64,000 bases of DNA. It comes from Planctomycetota bacterium (GTDB lineage Bacteria > Planctomycetota > UBA8108 > SXIK01). The notes under the pieces were generated by a model, which was not told where the DNA came from, did not search any database, and saw only the letters and a program-made list of their open reading frames with translations. Location of the stretch: assembly GCA_965223845.1 (NCBI GenBank), contig CBDCXR010000004.1, forward strand, positions 4,896,001 to 4,960,000. The letters run 5' to 3'. The position numbers and the translations under genes were made by a program. Below, one piece after another: positions 28,435 to 37,767 of this stretch; position 1 is the stretch's first letter, and each line of letters opens with the position of its first letter.

Positions 28435-28466
28435 ACCACGAAGGGCACGAAGGACCCGAAGGAAGA
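28435..28466 (+). repeat. Near-identical left-arm copy of the CACGAAGG element
   Basis: ACCACGAAGGGCACGAAGGACCCGAAGGAAGA; differs from 25111-25143 by one substitution and one deletion; 3 bp after the sulfatase stop. Confidence 0.9.
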
Positions 28467-28553
28467 GAGAGAAGAGGGAGAGAGTTGCGGGTGAGGGTGG
28501 AAATCGGAATCGGGTGTATGGCGTAGTTGATGGTGGGTTCAGAGGTCGTGTGA

Positions 28554-29501
28554 ATGGTCAGGTTGTTTCTTGCTCACTCGTCGGTGGATAAGGAGTTCGT
28601 TCGTCGACTCGCCGGTGATCTCAAGCTGCTCGGGCACGACGCCTGGGTGGATGAGGACGAGATTCTCGTCGGGGATTCGATTCCGGCCAAGATCGCGGAG
28701 GCCATCGCGAGATCGGACTATCTCGTCCCCGTGTTCTCGAAGGACGCTCTGAAGTCGGGGTGGTTTCAGAACGAGTGGGAATCGAAGTACTGGGAGCAGG
28801 TGAATGAGCAACAGGTTCGCGTGCTGCCGGTCCGCGTGGATCGCTGCGAGTTGCCGCAGCTCCTTCGGGCGAAGAAGTACGCGGACTTCGAGCGGAGCTA
28901 CGGCGTCGGGATCGTTGAGCTGACGCGCGCGATCGATCGGATGGTCGAGCCGACGCCGCTCACCCGAGGCTCCGAGTTTCTCGACGCGCTCGTCGATACT
29001 TCGATCGAGTCCCTGTGCCGAGCGGTCAGTCTTCCCGGTTCGCCGTCACAGCCGAAGATTCGGGTCTTCGTGTTTCGGATCGAGGGTGAGGAGCTCGTCT
29101 GCCGCTACCACTGGGCCGCGGATCCGGTCTCAGAGAAGGTCGGACACACTCGATTCGCCATCAACGATGACACCGCAAAAGAAGTCGCGGTCGTACGCGC
29201 GGTCCTCGACCGGCGCACGTGTCGAACTCAGGTGAGACCGCTTTCCGATTCGGGAAGCATGGCGAGCACTGGTTCACCCGAGATCAGTGGTTCACCGTCG
29301 TTCGCGGGCGACGTCGACGAAACGCTCTCCTACGTGCTCGCGTCTCCCATCTTCGGTGGGGATGGAGCGGTATGGGGAACGGTCGACTTCGACACGGCGA
29401 CGGACACAGGAACGGCGCTGCTCTCGACGGAAGCCGCGGCTTCGGCGATCCTCCAGATCGCGAGGCACTTGGCGATAGTGCTTCCAGGCGGCGGCGAGTG
29501 A
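28554..29501 (+). CDS. TIR-domain protein with C-terminal GAF-like domain
   Basis: LFLAHSSVDKEFVRRLA..WVDEDEILVGDSI..S..GWFQNEW..VLPVR..LP.LL..KKYADF is a TIR_2 pattern; C-terminal YVLASPIF..DGAVWGTVDFD is GAF-like. Confidence 0.85.
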   Translation: MVRLFLAHSSVDKEFVRRLAGDLKLLGHDAWVDEDEILVGDSIPAKIAEAIARSDYLVPVFSKDALKSGWFQNEWESKYWEQVNEQQVRVLPVRVDRCELPQLLRAKKYADFERSYGVGIVELTRAIDRMVEPTPLTRGSEFLDALVDTSIESLCRAVSLPGSPSQPKIRVFVFRIEGEELVCRYHWAADPVSEKVGHTRFAINDDTAKEVAVVRAVLDRRTCRTQVRPLSDSGSMASTGSPEISGSPSFAGDVDETLSYVLASPIFGGDGAVWGTVDFDTATDTGTALLSTEAAASAILQIARHLAIVLPGGGE

Positions 29502-29584
29502 GGATGGAAGCCGATCGAGGACGTCGCCGCCGTCCGTGTTAGAGTGAGTCCTCTCGAATGGCTCGCTCGAATCACGAATTCTCG

Positions 29585-32500
29585 ATGAAAAACTTCCGAC
29601 GAAACCCAACGCGCGCTCCGTCCCGGAGCGTATCGTTCGCGGTCATCGTGGCGTTCGGCATCGCGGCGACACTCGCGGTTCATTCGCAGGCCCATACGGC
29701 CGACGACGACCCCGAACCCGCGAACCCTCCTCCCCCCACTCCCCTCTCCCCCGAAGAAACCGTGCGCGGCATGCGCCTTCCCCCGGGCTTCCGCGCGAAC
29801 GTGTTTGCCGGCGAGCCCGATCTCGCGCAGCCGATTTCGTTCACATTCGATGAGCGCGGGCGGCTTTGGGCCGCGGAGTGTTACTCCTACCCGAAGTGGA
29901 AGGCGACGGGGAACGATCGTGTTCTCATCTTCGAGGACGTCGACGGCGACGGACGATTCGATCGGCGAAAGGTGTTTTGGGACGAAGGAAACTATCTGAC
30001 GAGCGTCGAAGTGGGATTCGGAGGCGTTTGGGTGGCGTCGGCCCCGCACGTTCTCTTCATTCCGGATCGCGACCGCGACGATGTTCCCGACGGCCCGCCC
30101 GAAGTGCACCTCGACGGTTGGTCGCACAAAGGGATCCACAACGTCGTCAACGGACTAACGTGGGGACCGGACGGCTGGCTGTACGGCGGAAACGGCATCC
30201 TCGCGCCGTCGAAGGTCGGCGTTCCGGGTACGCCCGAGTCCGAACGTCCTCCGCTCAACTGCGGCGTTTGGCGCTACCACCCGATCGAACGGCGGTACGA
30301 GATCGTCGCGTGGGGAACGACGAATCCTTGGGGCTTCGACTTCGATCTCTACGGGCAGCTCTTCATCACCAACTGCGTCATCCCGCACGTCTTCCACGTC
30401 GTTCCGGGCGCGCACTTCGAGCGCATGTTCGGGCGCGACTTCGACCCGCACCTCTACGGCCTCATGGAGAGCTGCGCCGACCACATCCACTGGGCGGGTG
30501 GAGCGTGGCAGAGCTCGCGCGGCGGAAAGGGCAAGCACGATGCTCCGGGCGGCGGTCACGCGCACTCGGGCGCGATGGTCTACCTCGGCGACAACTGGCC
30601 GGACGAGTATCGCGGCTCGCTCTTCACCGCGAACCTCCACGGGAATCGCGTCAACCACGATCGCCTCACGCGGCGCGGATCAGGATACGTCGCGACGCAC
30701 GAGCGCGATTTTCTCACGACGGGGAATCCGTGGTTCTGGGGCGTCGGCATGCGGTCGGCGCCCGACGGTAGCGTGTACCTGAGCGATTGGGTCGACGACG
30801 GCGAGTGCCACGGGCACGAAGCCCATCGCGCGACGGGCCGGATCTACCGAATCGCGTACGGTGAAACGAGCGCGGCTCACTTCGACCTCGCAAAGGCGAG
30901 CGACGACGAACTTCTTGCGCTCCAAGACCAAAAGAACGTGTGGTGGGGACGCACGGCTCGGCGGGTCCTCGCCGAGCGCGCCGAATCGAAGTCGCTCGAG
31001 GCAGCGACGCGGCCGAAGCTCGAGGGGCGGCTGCGCGACGAGAGCGCACGGGTCGAGCATCGTCTGCGCGCGCTCTGGGCGCTTCACACGACCGGCGGCG
31101 TCTCGGAAGGACTTCTTCGTTCGATCCTCGACTCGAAGGAAGAGTGGCTCCGTGCGTGGGCCGTTCGGCTGAGCGGCGAGCGGAACACGATCCCCGCGCC
31201 CAGCTATCGACGATTCGAAGAGCTCGCGCGGACGGACCCCTCACCGCTTGTTCGTCTCCACCTCGCGTCTCTTCTCCAGCGCGTTCCGCTCGACGAGCGC
31301 TGGAAGATCGCGATCGCCCTCGCGGGCCACGCAGAAGACGCGGACGATGCAAATCTGCCGCTCATGATCTGGTACGCAGCCGAGCCTCTCGTGGCTGAAG
31401 ATCCGACGCGCGCCGCGGGCGCTTTCATCGACGCGAAGATACCACTCGTTCTCCGTCACGTCGCGCGGCGCGTGACTCATCTCGCGGTCGAGGGAAATCG
31501 AGGCGCGCTCGAGGAGCTCACGAATCAGCTCACTCGCCCGCGAGCGGACGAAGCGGTGCGTGCGATCCTCACCGGCATCGGCGATGCACTCGATGGACGG
31601 CGACGGTTTCCGATGCCCTCGTCGTGGCCCGCCGCACGACGGCGACTGGCCACAACCGGAGACGCCGAGATCGAAGTTCGCACGGCGTCGCTAGCGCTCG
31701 TCTTCGGAGATCGGGACGCGCTCGACGCGCTTCGATCGCTCGTTCGGTCGCGGAGTGAAAGTCCCGCGCGACGCGCGACGGCTCTCATCGCCCTCGCTCG
31801 CCAGCGAGACGAAGAGACGCTGTCCCTCGCGCTCGGTCTTCTTTCCGCCGAGGAGGCTGGGAGTGCGCTTCGAGAAGCCGCGATTCGCGGGGTCGCTCAG
31901 TACCGAGACGAACGAGTCCCGGAGACGCTGCTCGGACGATTCTCGTCGTTCTCTCCCACCGAACGCCGCGAGGCCATCGCTGCGCTCACGAGTCGAGAAG
32001 ATTGGGCCGAGCGACTCGTCGCAGAGCTCGAGCGCGGTGCCGTCGAGCGAGAAGCGATCTCTGCACACTCCGCACGGCGCGTCGCGCATCTCGGCTCGAA
32101 GGGACTCACGCGTCGCCTCGAATCGATCTGGGGCAAGCTGAACGCGATCGGAGCCAAGAAGAAGGAGCGGATCGCCGAGCTCAAGTCGGAGCTGACCGGC
32201 GAAGTCATCGAACGCGCGGATCTCGCTCGGGGTCGCGCTCTCTTCGACGAGGCGTGTGGGAACTGTCATCGCATGTTCGATCACGGCGGCACCCTCGGCC
32301 CGGATCTCACCGGATCGAATCGCCACCAGCTCGATTACATTCTCGAAAACGTCGTCGATCCGAACGCGATCGTCGGGCGCGACTACGAGGAGTACGTCAT
32401 CGTCACGAACGACGGACGCGTCCTTTCTGGTGTCATCGCGGAAGAAACGTCCGGGCGCATCACGCTCCGAACTCCGACGGAAACGTTTCCGATCGCGAAG

Positions 32501-32638
32501 GAGGACATCGCCGAACGTTCGACCGAGCGACGCTCAATCATGCCGGAGGGCCTCTTCGCTGCGCTGTCCCTCGACGAGATCCGCGATCTCATCGCGTATC
32601 TAGCTTCTCCCAAAGACGTCGAGCCCGCCGCTCGCTGA
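29585..32638 (+). CDS. PVC-type haem-binding membrane-bound dehydrogenase-like protein (propeller + HEAT repeats + cytochrome c)
   Basis: LPPGF..FAGEP..QPI..FDERGRLW, WGPDGWLY, TTNPWG; HEAT-like helices; CGNCH..GPDLTG..DPN..SIMPEG. Start 29558 or 29585. Confidence 0.92.
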   Translation: MKNFRRNPTRAPSRSVSFAVIVAFGIAATLAVHSQAHTADDDPEPANPPPPTPLSPEETVRGMRLPPGFRANVFAGEPDLAQPISFTFDERGRLWAAECYSYPKWKATGNDRVLIFEDVDGDGRFDRRKVFWDEGNYLTSVEVGFGGVWVASAPHVLFIPDRDRDDVPDGPPEVHLDGWSHKGIHNVVNGLTWGPDGWLYGGNGILAPSKVGVPGTPESERPPLNCGVWRYHPIERRYEIVAWGTTNPWGFDFDLYGQLFITNCVIPHVFHVVPGAHFERMFGRDFDPHLYGLMESCADHIHWAGGAWQSSRGGKGKHDAPGGGHAHSGAMVYLGDNWPDEYRGSLFTANLHGNRVNHDRLTRRGSGYVATHERDFLTTGNPWFWGVGMRSAPDGSVYLSDWVDDGECHGHEAHRATGRIYRIAYGETSAAHFDLAKASDDELLALQDQKNVWWGRTARRVLAERAESKSLEAATRPKLEGRLRDESARVEHRLRALWALHTTGGVSEGLLRSILDSKEEWLRAWAVRLSGERNTIPAPSYRRFEELARTDPSPLVRLHLASLLQRVPLDERWKIAIALAGHAEDADDANLPLMIWYAAEPLVAEDPTRAAGAFIDAKIPLVLRHVARRVTHLAVEGNRGALEELTNQLTRPRADEAVRAILTGIGDALDGRRRFPMPSSWPAARRRLATTGDAEIEVRTASLALVFGDRDALDALRSLVRSRSESPARRATALIALARQRDEETLSLALGLLSAEEAGSALREAAIRGVAQYRDERVPETLLGRFSSFSPTERREAIAALTSREDWAERLVAELERGAVEREAISAHSARRVAHLGSKGLTRRLESIWGKLNAIGAKKKERIAELKSELTGEVIERADLARGRALFDEACGNCHRMFDHGGTLGPDLTGSNRHQLDYILENVVDPNAIVGRDYEEYVIVTNDGRVLSGVIAEETSGRITLRTPTETFPIAKEDIAERSTERRSIMPEGLFAALSLDEIRDLIAYLASPKDVEPAAR

Positions 32639-32735
32639 TCGAGCCCACCGACTCTCGTCGGCGGGCGCGGCTGGCCACTCGTTCCGCGCGCGAGTACGAT
32701 GAGCCGTGCCCGCGAACAACGAGGTCCATCTTTCT

Positions 32736-33704
32736 ATGCGCGATCACGATCCCATCGAGCGACGGAGCTTTATCCGCACCGTCGGAGCGACCGTAGCGGC
32801 CGCAACGCTTCCGCCGGTACTCCGGGCGGACTTCCGAGCCAGCGAGGACGAAAGCGCCGCGAAAAAGCCGTTCCGCCTCCGCTACATCCTATCGTCTGCG
32901 ATGTACGGAAAGATGCCGCTCACGACGATCCTTCCCGAAGTCGCAAAGACCGGCGCGCGCCACATCGACATCTGGTGCCTCGTTCACGGGAACCAGCGCG
33001 AACAGATCGAGGAAATGGGCCACGATGCCTTCCGTGCCTTGCTCGAGAAGCACGAAGTCGAGCTCGGCGTGCTCACGCGCTATCCGCTCGGGCCGTTCCG
33101 CCTTCAAGACGAGATGAAGGTACTCCGCAGCTTCGGCGGCAAGATCATCGTCACGGGCTCGTCCGGACCGCGTGGACCCAAGGGGAAAGAGGCGAAAGCC
33201 GCTGTGTCCAGCTTCCTCGAGAAGCTGAAGCCGCACGTCGCGCGCGCCGAGGAGTTGGGGGTGATCATCGCAATCGAGAATCACAGCGGCCAACTCCTTT
33301 ACCATCCGGATTCGCTTCGCTACTTCGTCGAACTCAATCGTTCGAAGCATCTCGGCATCGCCTTCGCGCCGCATCACCTCCACCGCTTCGCGGACGAGAT
33401 TCCGAAGCTCGTTCGCGACGTGGGCGCGCAGTCGCCCTTTTTCTACGCGCAAGAACACCACGAGGGCATGCGGAAAAAAGTGCCGAAGGAAGAGGAGATG
33501 AAGCAGCTCCCGGGATACGGCGGCGGGCTCGACTACCGACCGATCGTGCGCGCGATGCGGGAGATCGACTACCAAGGCTTCGTCGAAATCTTCATGCATC
33601 CGGTTCCACGCGGAATCCCGATCCTTCCGACGGCGACGAAGATCACCGCGGCGATCAACAGATCGCGGGAGTATCTCGAGCGCTGTCTCAAGGAGACCGC
33701 GTGA
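32736..33704 (+). CDS. Tat-exported sugar-phosphate isomerase/epimerase-like TIM-barrel protein
   Basis: ERRSFI Tat motif; IAIENH, QLPGYGGGLDY, YQGFVEIFMH. Confidence 0.82.
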   Translation: MRDHDPIERRSFIRTVGATVAAATLPPVLRADFRASEDESAAKKPFRLRYILSSAMYGKMPLTTILPEVAKTGARHIDIWCLVHGNQREQIEEMGHDAFRALLEKHEVELGVLTRYPLGPFRLQDEMKVLRSFGGKIIVTGSSGPRGPKGKEAKAAVSSFLEKLKPHVARAEELGVIIAIENHSGQLLYHPDSLRYFVELNRSKHLGIAFAPHHLHRFADEIPKLVRDVGAQSPFFYAQEHHEGMRKKVPKEEEMKQLPGYGGGLDYRPIVRAMREIDYQGFVEIFMHPVPRGIPILPTATKITAAINRSREYLERCLKETA

Positions 33705-36103
33705 GCGGCGAGAACGGTCGCTGCGTGAAGGCGCGTTCGTTCGGCTCTGAGCGATCATTGCTCCTCGTCGCGTTCTTCGCGGGTCTCACCACTTCGGCTC
33801 GCGCGAACGAGCCCCATCCCTTCGTCGCGAGTTTCGAACGATTCTTCGCGGGAGAAGTGGGCTCGACGGCGGGCGCGCCGCGGCAGACCTCCGCCGGACG
33901 GCTCCTCCTCACGGAACTGAGCTGCACGGCGTGCCACCTTCCGCCGGAGACTCTGCGCGAAGAGCTTCGTCCGAAGCGCGGACCGCGCCTCGACGGAATC
34001 GGCCGGCGCGCGAGCACGGAGTGGCTCCGCCGGTTTCTCATCGATCCACGGTCCGCTCAGCCCGGAACGACGATGCCGAAGCCGCTCGCGAGACTCTCAC
34101 CCGAGCGGCGCCGAGACAAGATCGAGTCCCTCGTGCAGTTTCTTCTCACGCAGACCGAGATCTTCGGGCCACCGTTTCCGGAGTCGAAGGAGAGCGGTCT
34201 CGGTTCGAGCAGTGCGCAGCGCGGCTTTCGCCTCTATCACGACGTGGGATGCGTAGCGTGCCACACAATCGACGAGAGCGCGAAGCCGCGGGAAACCACC
34301 GACGAGCTCGAGGTCGAGATCGCGACGGAGCGCGATCGCGCGCCCGTGGCGAGTGTGCCGCTCGGCGATCTCGGTGCGAAGCACACGATGGCGTCGCTCG
34401 CGAGGTTCCTTCTCGAACCGCTCCGCATGCGGCCGCATGGACGAATGCCGAACCTGAAGCTCACACCGCTCGAAGCGGCGGATGTCGCTCACTATCTTCT
34501 CGGCGGACGGACTACACGCGGGGCGAGCGAACCAGCGCTCGATGCATCGCGCGTCGAAGAAGGCCGCCAGCTCTTCGGTGCGCTCGGTTGCGCGCAGTGC
34601 CACGATCTCACCGGGGTCACCGCGAACCTGAATTCGCCGGGGCTGACGTCCCTCTCGACGAAGAGCGGGCTCGGCTGCCTGACGGAACGAGGTGGCTTCG
34701 GGTTTCAGTACGGACTCTCGGCTCGCCAACACGAAGCGCTCGCGCGAACGATCGAAGGTGAGCTCGCACCTCTCGAGCCCTCCGAGCGCCTCCATCAAAC
34801 GATGCTCTCCCTCAACTGCTTCGCGTGTCATGCCCGCAACGGTCCCCGCGGTACGGAAGTCGGCGGCGTCGGCCCAAAACGCTGGGCGTATTTCCGCACG
34901 GCGGGCGACATCGATCTCGGCGATGAAGGTCGCATACCGCCTTCACTGACGGGTGCCGGAAAGAAGCTCCGCGTGGAGTGGCTCGAACGAGTCTTTGCCG
35001 GAACCGGCGACGTTCGCCCGCACGTACTCGCACGCATGCCGCGCTTCGGCGTGGACAACGTACGCGGCCTCGCCCGGAGGTTTGTCGAAGTCGACGGTGG
35101 TGAGCTCTCGACCGCGGTCGAGCTTCTCGAGCCCGAGGGGGACGCCGAAGCCGGGCGGACTCTTCTCAGCGCGGGCTGCGTTCAGTGTCACGGCGTGCGC
35201 GGAACGCGCCTCCCGGGTGTACTCGGTATCGATCTCACCGGGATTCACGAGCGACTTCAGCGGCGCTGGTTCGACGAGTTCGTCGTCGACCCGGCGGCGA
35301 AGCAGCCCGGAACCCGTATGCCGACTTTCTTCCCGGACGGGAAGAGCACCCTGCCCGGAATCCTCGGTGGAGATCTCGCGAAGCAGACGAGTGCGCTATG
35401 GGCGTACCTCGCGCGAAGCGACACTCTTCCCCTTCCGGATGTTCTCCGCAATGCGCGGACAATGAGCTTCGAGATCGCCCCGAACGACGCACCGGTGGTT
35501 CTTCGCACGTTCATGAGCGACGCGGGGACGCACGCGATCGCGGTTGGATTCCCCGCTCGCGTGCACTTCGCGTTCGATGCGTTTGAGGTTCGTCCGGCTG
35601 TCGCGTGGCGCGGACGGTTCCTCGACGCACACGGAACGCGCTACGATCGCTTCGCGCCGCCGGCTGAACCGCTCGGAAAGGACGTCGTCCGCTTCGCGCC
35701 GGGTCCGCCGTTCGCGCGACTCGAGAACGCGACGGCGAGCTGGCCCGACCAGCACGACATCGCGTTCCGCGGTTACCGCCTCGACGAAGAGCGCGTTCCG
35801 ACCTTCGTCTACGAACTGGCAGGACTGCGCATCGAAGATCGCATCGCGCCGATCCCGAATGAGGATCAGCGGGGCAGCGAACAGGGGCTTCGTCGTCGAC
35901 TGAGCACCGCGGGAGATCCGCGCGGAGCGTGGTTCCGTCCGGGCGTCGAGGCGACGGGAGGAACGGAAGACAGATTTGTCCTCCGCTCGGGCGTGACGAT
36001 CCGAGTCGGACGGCCCGCTGTCGCACACCTCGTTCGAGGCGAGCTTAGGATCTCGATCGGACGAGACGCGCGATCGACGATCGAGCTCGAGTATCGATGG
36101 TGA
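33701..36103 (+). CDS. Multihaem (5x CxxCH) cytochrome c
   Basis: CTACH, CVACH, CAQCH, CFACH and CVQCH, with MP axial-Met motifs; GTGA overlap with the upstream stop. The ORF-track extension to 32699 is spurious. Confidence 0.87.
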   Translation: MSGENGRCVKARSFGSERSLLLVAFFAGLTTSARANEPHPFVASFERFFAGEVGSTAGAPRQTSAGRLLLTELSCTACHLPPETLREELRPKRGPRLDGIGRRASTEWLRRFLIDPRSAQPGTTMPKPLARLSPERRRDKIESLVQFLLTQTEIFGPPFPESKESGLGSSSAQRGFRLYHDVGCVACHTIDESAKPRETTDELEVEIATERDRAPVASVPLGDLGAKHTMASLARFLLEPLRMRPHGRMPNLKLTPLEAADVAHYLLGGRTTRGASEPALDASRVEEGRQLFGALGCAQCHDLTGVTANLNSPGLTSLSTKSGLGCLTERGGFGFQYGLSARQHEALARTIEGELAPLEPSERLHQTMLSLNCFACHARNGPRGTEVGGVGPKRWAYFRTAGDIDLGDEGRIPPSLTGAGKKLRVEWLERVFAGTGDVRPHVLARMPRFGVDNVRGLARRFVEVDGGELSTAVELLEPEGDAEAGRTLLSAGCVQCHGVRGTRLPGVLGIDLTGIHERLQRRWFDEFVVDPAAKQPGTRMPTFFPDGKSTLPGILGGDLAKQTSALWAYLARSDTLPLPDVLRNARTMSFEIAPNDAPVVLRTFMSDAGTHAIAVGFPARVHFAFDAFEVRPAVAWRGRFLDAHGTRYDRFAPPAEPLGKDVVRFAPGPPFARLENATASWPDQHDIAFRGYRLDEERVPTFVYELAGLRIEDRIAPIPNEDQRGSEQGLRRRLSTAGDPRGAWFRPGVEATGGTEDRFVLRSGVTIRVGRPAVAHLVRGELRISIGRDARSTIELEYRW

Positions 36104-37656
36104 GCGCACGCACACGATGCTTGCTCGCCAGCACGATCGTGGCGAGCCTCCTGGCGCCTGCGCGCGCGAGAGAGCACGAGTACTACCGACTCGAGACGAT
36201 CGCCGTCAGCGCATCCCCGACGCACTCGCGTGATAAAAAGTGGAAGCCCGCGGCGGGGAAAAACCCGGTGCTCGAAGTGAGCGGCATCGCTCCCCTCGAC
36301 GACGGACGCATCGCGGTTTCCGTTCGCGCGGGGGAGGTGTGGTTCATCGATGGAATCACTCGCGATGCCGACGGCGACGACCGAGAATCGATCGCCACGA
36401 GCTCACCGCCCACGCCGACCTATCACCTCTTCGCGAGCGGTCTCCACGAGCCGATGGGCCTTGTCCGGCGCGGATCGGACTACTTCGTCGTTCAGCGCAC
36501 CGAGCTCACGCGCCTCCGCGATCTCGACGGCGATGACGTCGCCGACGAGTACTCGACGATCGGAAAGGGTTGGGGCTGCACGGGCAACTATCACGAGTAC
36601 GCGTACGGTCCCGAGATCGACCGCGACGGCAACTTCTGGATCACTCTCAACAGCACGCTCGGGAAGGGACAGATCCGCGATCAGCGCCGCTGGCGCGGCT
36701 GGGCGGTCCGAATCGATCCCACCGGAGCGCTCCGTCCCGTAGCGACCGGTTTTCGCTCTCCCTGCGGCATCGGCCAGAACGCTGAAGGAGACCTCTTCGC
36801 GACCGATCAACAGGGAAACTGGATCGCGACCTGCTCGCTTCTCCACATCCGTCCGGGCGTGTTCTTCGGTCATCCGGACGGTCTCCGATCCACACGCGAG
36901 CGCCAGTCGACGGTCGCGCCGATCCGGAAGCTTCCGTCCGGACTCAGTTGGCCGAAAGCGCTGCGCGCGGTCCCTCAGCTGCGACCGCCCGCGGTCTGGT
37001 TTCCCTACAAGAAAGCCGGGCAGAGCGCGACCGACGTCGTTTCCGACTCGACGGGCGGACGCTTCGGCCCGTTCGCCGGCCAACTCTTCGTCGGCGAGTT
37101 TCGGCTCGCCGCCATATATCGCGTCTCTCTCGAGAAGGTGAACGGCGACTACCAGGGCGCCGTGTTTCCGTTCCGTCACGGCTTCGCGTCGGCGGTCGTT
37201 CGCCTCGGATTCACAAAGAGCGGGAGTCTCTACGCCGGGTTGACGAACCGCGGCTGGAGCTCGATCGGCGGCGCGTCCTACGGACTTCAGCGCCTCGTCT
37301 GGACCGGCGAGACGCCGTTCGAGATTCGAACGATGAGCGCGCGTCCGGACGGGTTCGAGCTCGAGTTCACGGTTCCGGTCGAACCGGAATCGGCGAGCTC
37401 TCCCGCGTCGTACACGTTCGAGAGTTACACCTATCTCCTTCACGAGAAGTACGGAAGCGATGAGATCGATCGGCGCCGCCTCGCGATCCGTTCGGCCGTG
37501 GTATCGAACGATGCCCGACGCGTGCGTCTCGAGTTGGACGGACTCCGCGACGGATACGTGCACGAGCTCCGCGCCTCGGGAGTGCGCGCAGCCGACGGCC
37601 GCTCGCTCCTCCATGACGATGCGTACTACACCCTCAACGCGCGGCCGACGGAGTGA
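36097..37656 (+). CDS. Secreted glucose/sorbosone-dehydrogenase-like beta-propeller protein
   Basis: FASGLHEPMGL, DLDGDDVADEY, YHEYAYGP, GFRSPCG, TDQQGNW, GPFAGQLFVGE; overlaps the cytochrome gene. Confidence 0.8.
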   Translation: MVSARTRCLLASTIVASLLAPARAREHEYYRLETIAVSASPTHSRDKKWKPAAGKNPVLEVSGIAPLDDGRIAVSVRAGEVWFIDGITRDADGDDRESIATSSPPTPTYHLFASGLHEPMGLVRRGSDYFVVQRTELTRLRDLDGDDVADEYSTIGKGWGCTGNYHEYAYGPEIDRDGNFWITLNSTLGKGQIRDQRRWRGWAVRIDPTGALRPVATGFRSPCGIGQNAEGDLFATDQQGNWIATCSLLHIRPGVFFGHPDGLRSTRERQSTVAPIRKLPSGLSWPKALRAVPQLRPPAVWFPYKKAGQSATDVVSDSTGGRFGPFAGQLFVGEFRLAAIYRVSLEKVNGDYQGAVFPFRHGFASAVVRLGFTKSGSLYAGLTNRGWSSIGGASYGLQRLVWTGETPFEIRTMSARPDGFELEFTVPVEPESASSPASYTFESYTYLLHEKYGSDEIDRRRLAIRSAVVSNDARRVRLELDGLRDGYVHELRASGVRAADGRSLLHDDAYYTLNARPTE

Positions 37657-37767
37657 CCGGAGCGCGGAAGCTTCGGAATAAAGTCGCGGCGCGATAGCCG
37701 AGCCATCGCGCCGCGTCCTCGCAGACGAGGATCAGTGAGAGAGGGTCGCCGCACTCGCCCTCTCGAG

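Noticed and set aside
25111-28466. CRISPR array or integron attC interpretation of the CACGAAGG repeats
   Set aside because: Copies are 1.6-1.7 kb apart and separated by whole genes. There are no uniform spacers, no cas or integrase gene, and I see no RYYYAAC/GTTRRRY ends.
32699-33700. 1134-aa ORF suggesting a giant cytochrome or a frameshifted fusion
   Set aside because: The N-terminal 334 codons are an Arg-rich shadow frame over the TIM-barrel gene; the real start is probably at or just after the GTGA overlap at 33701.
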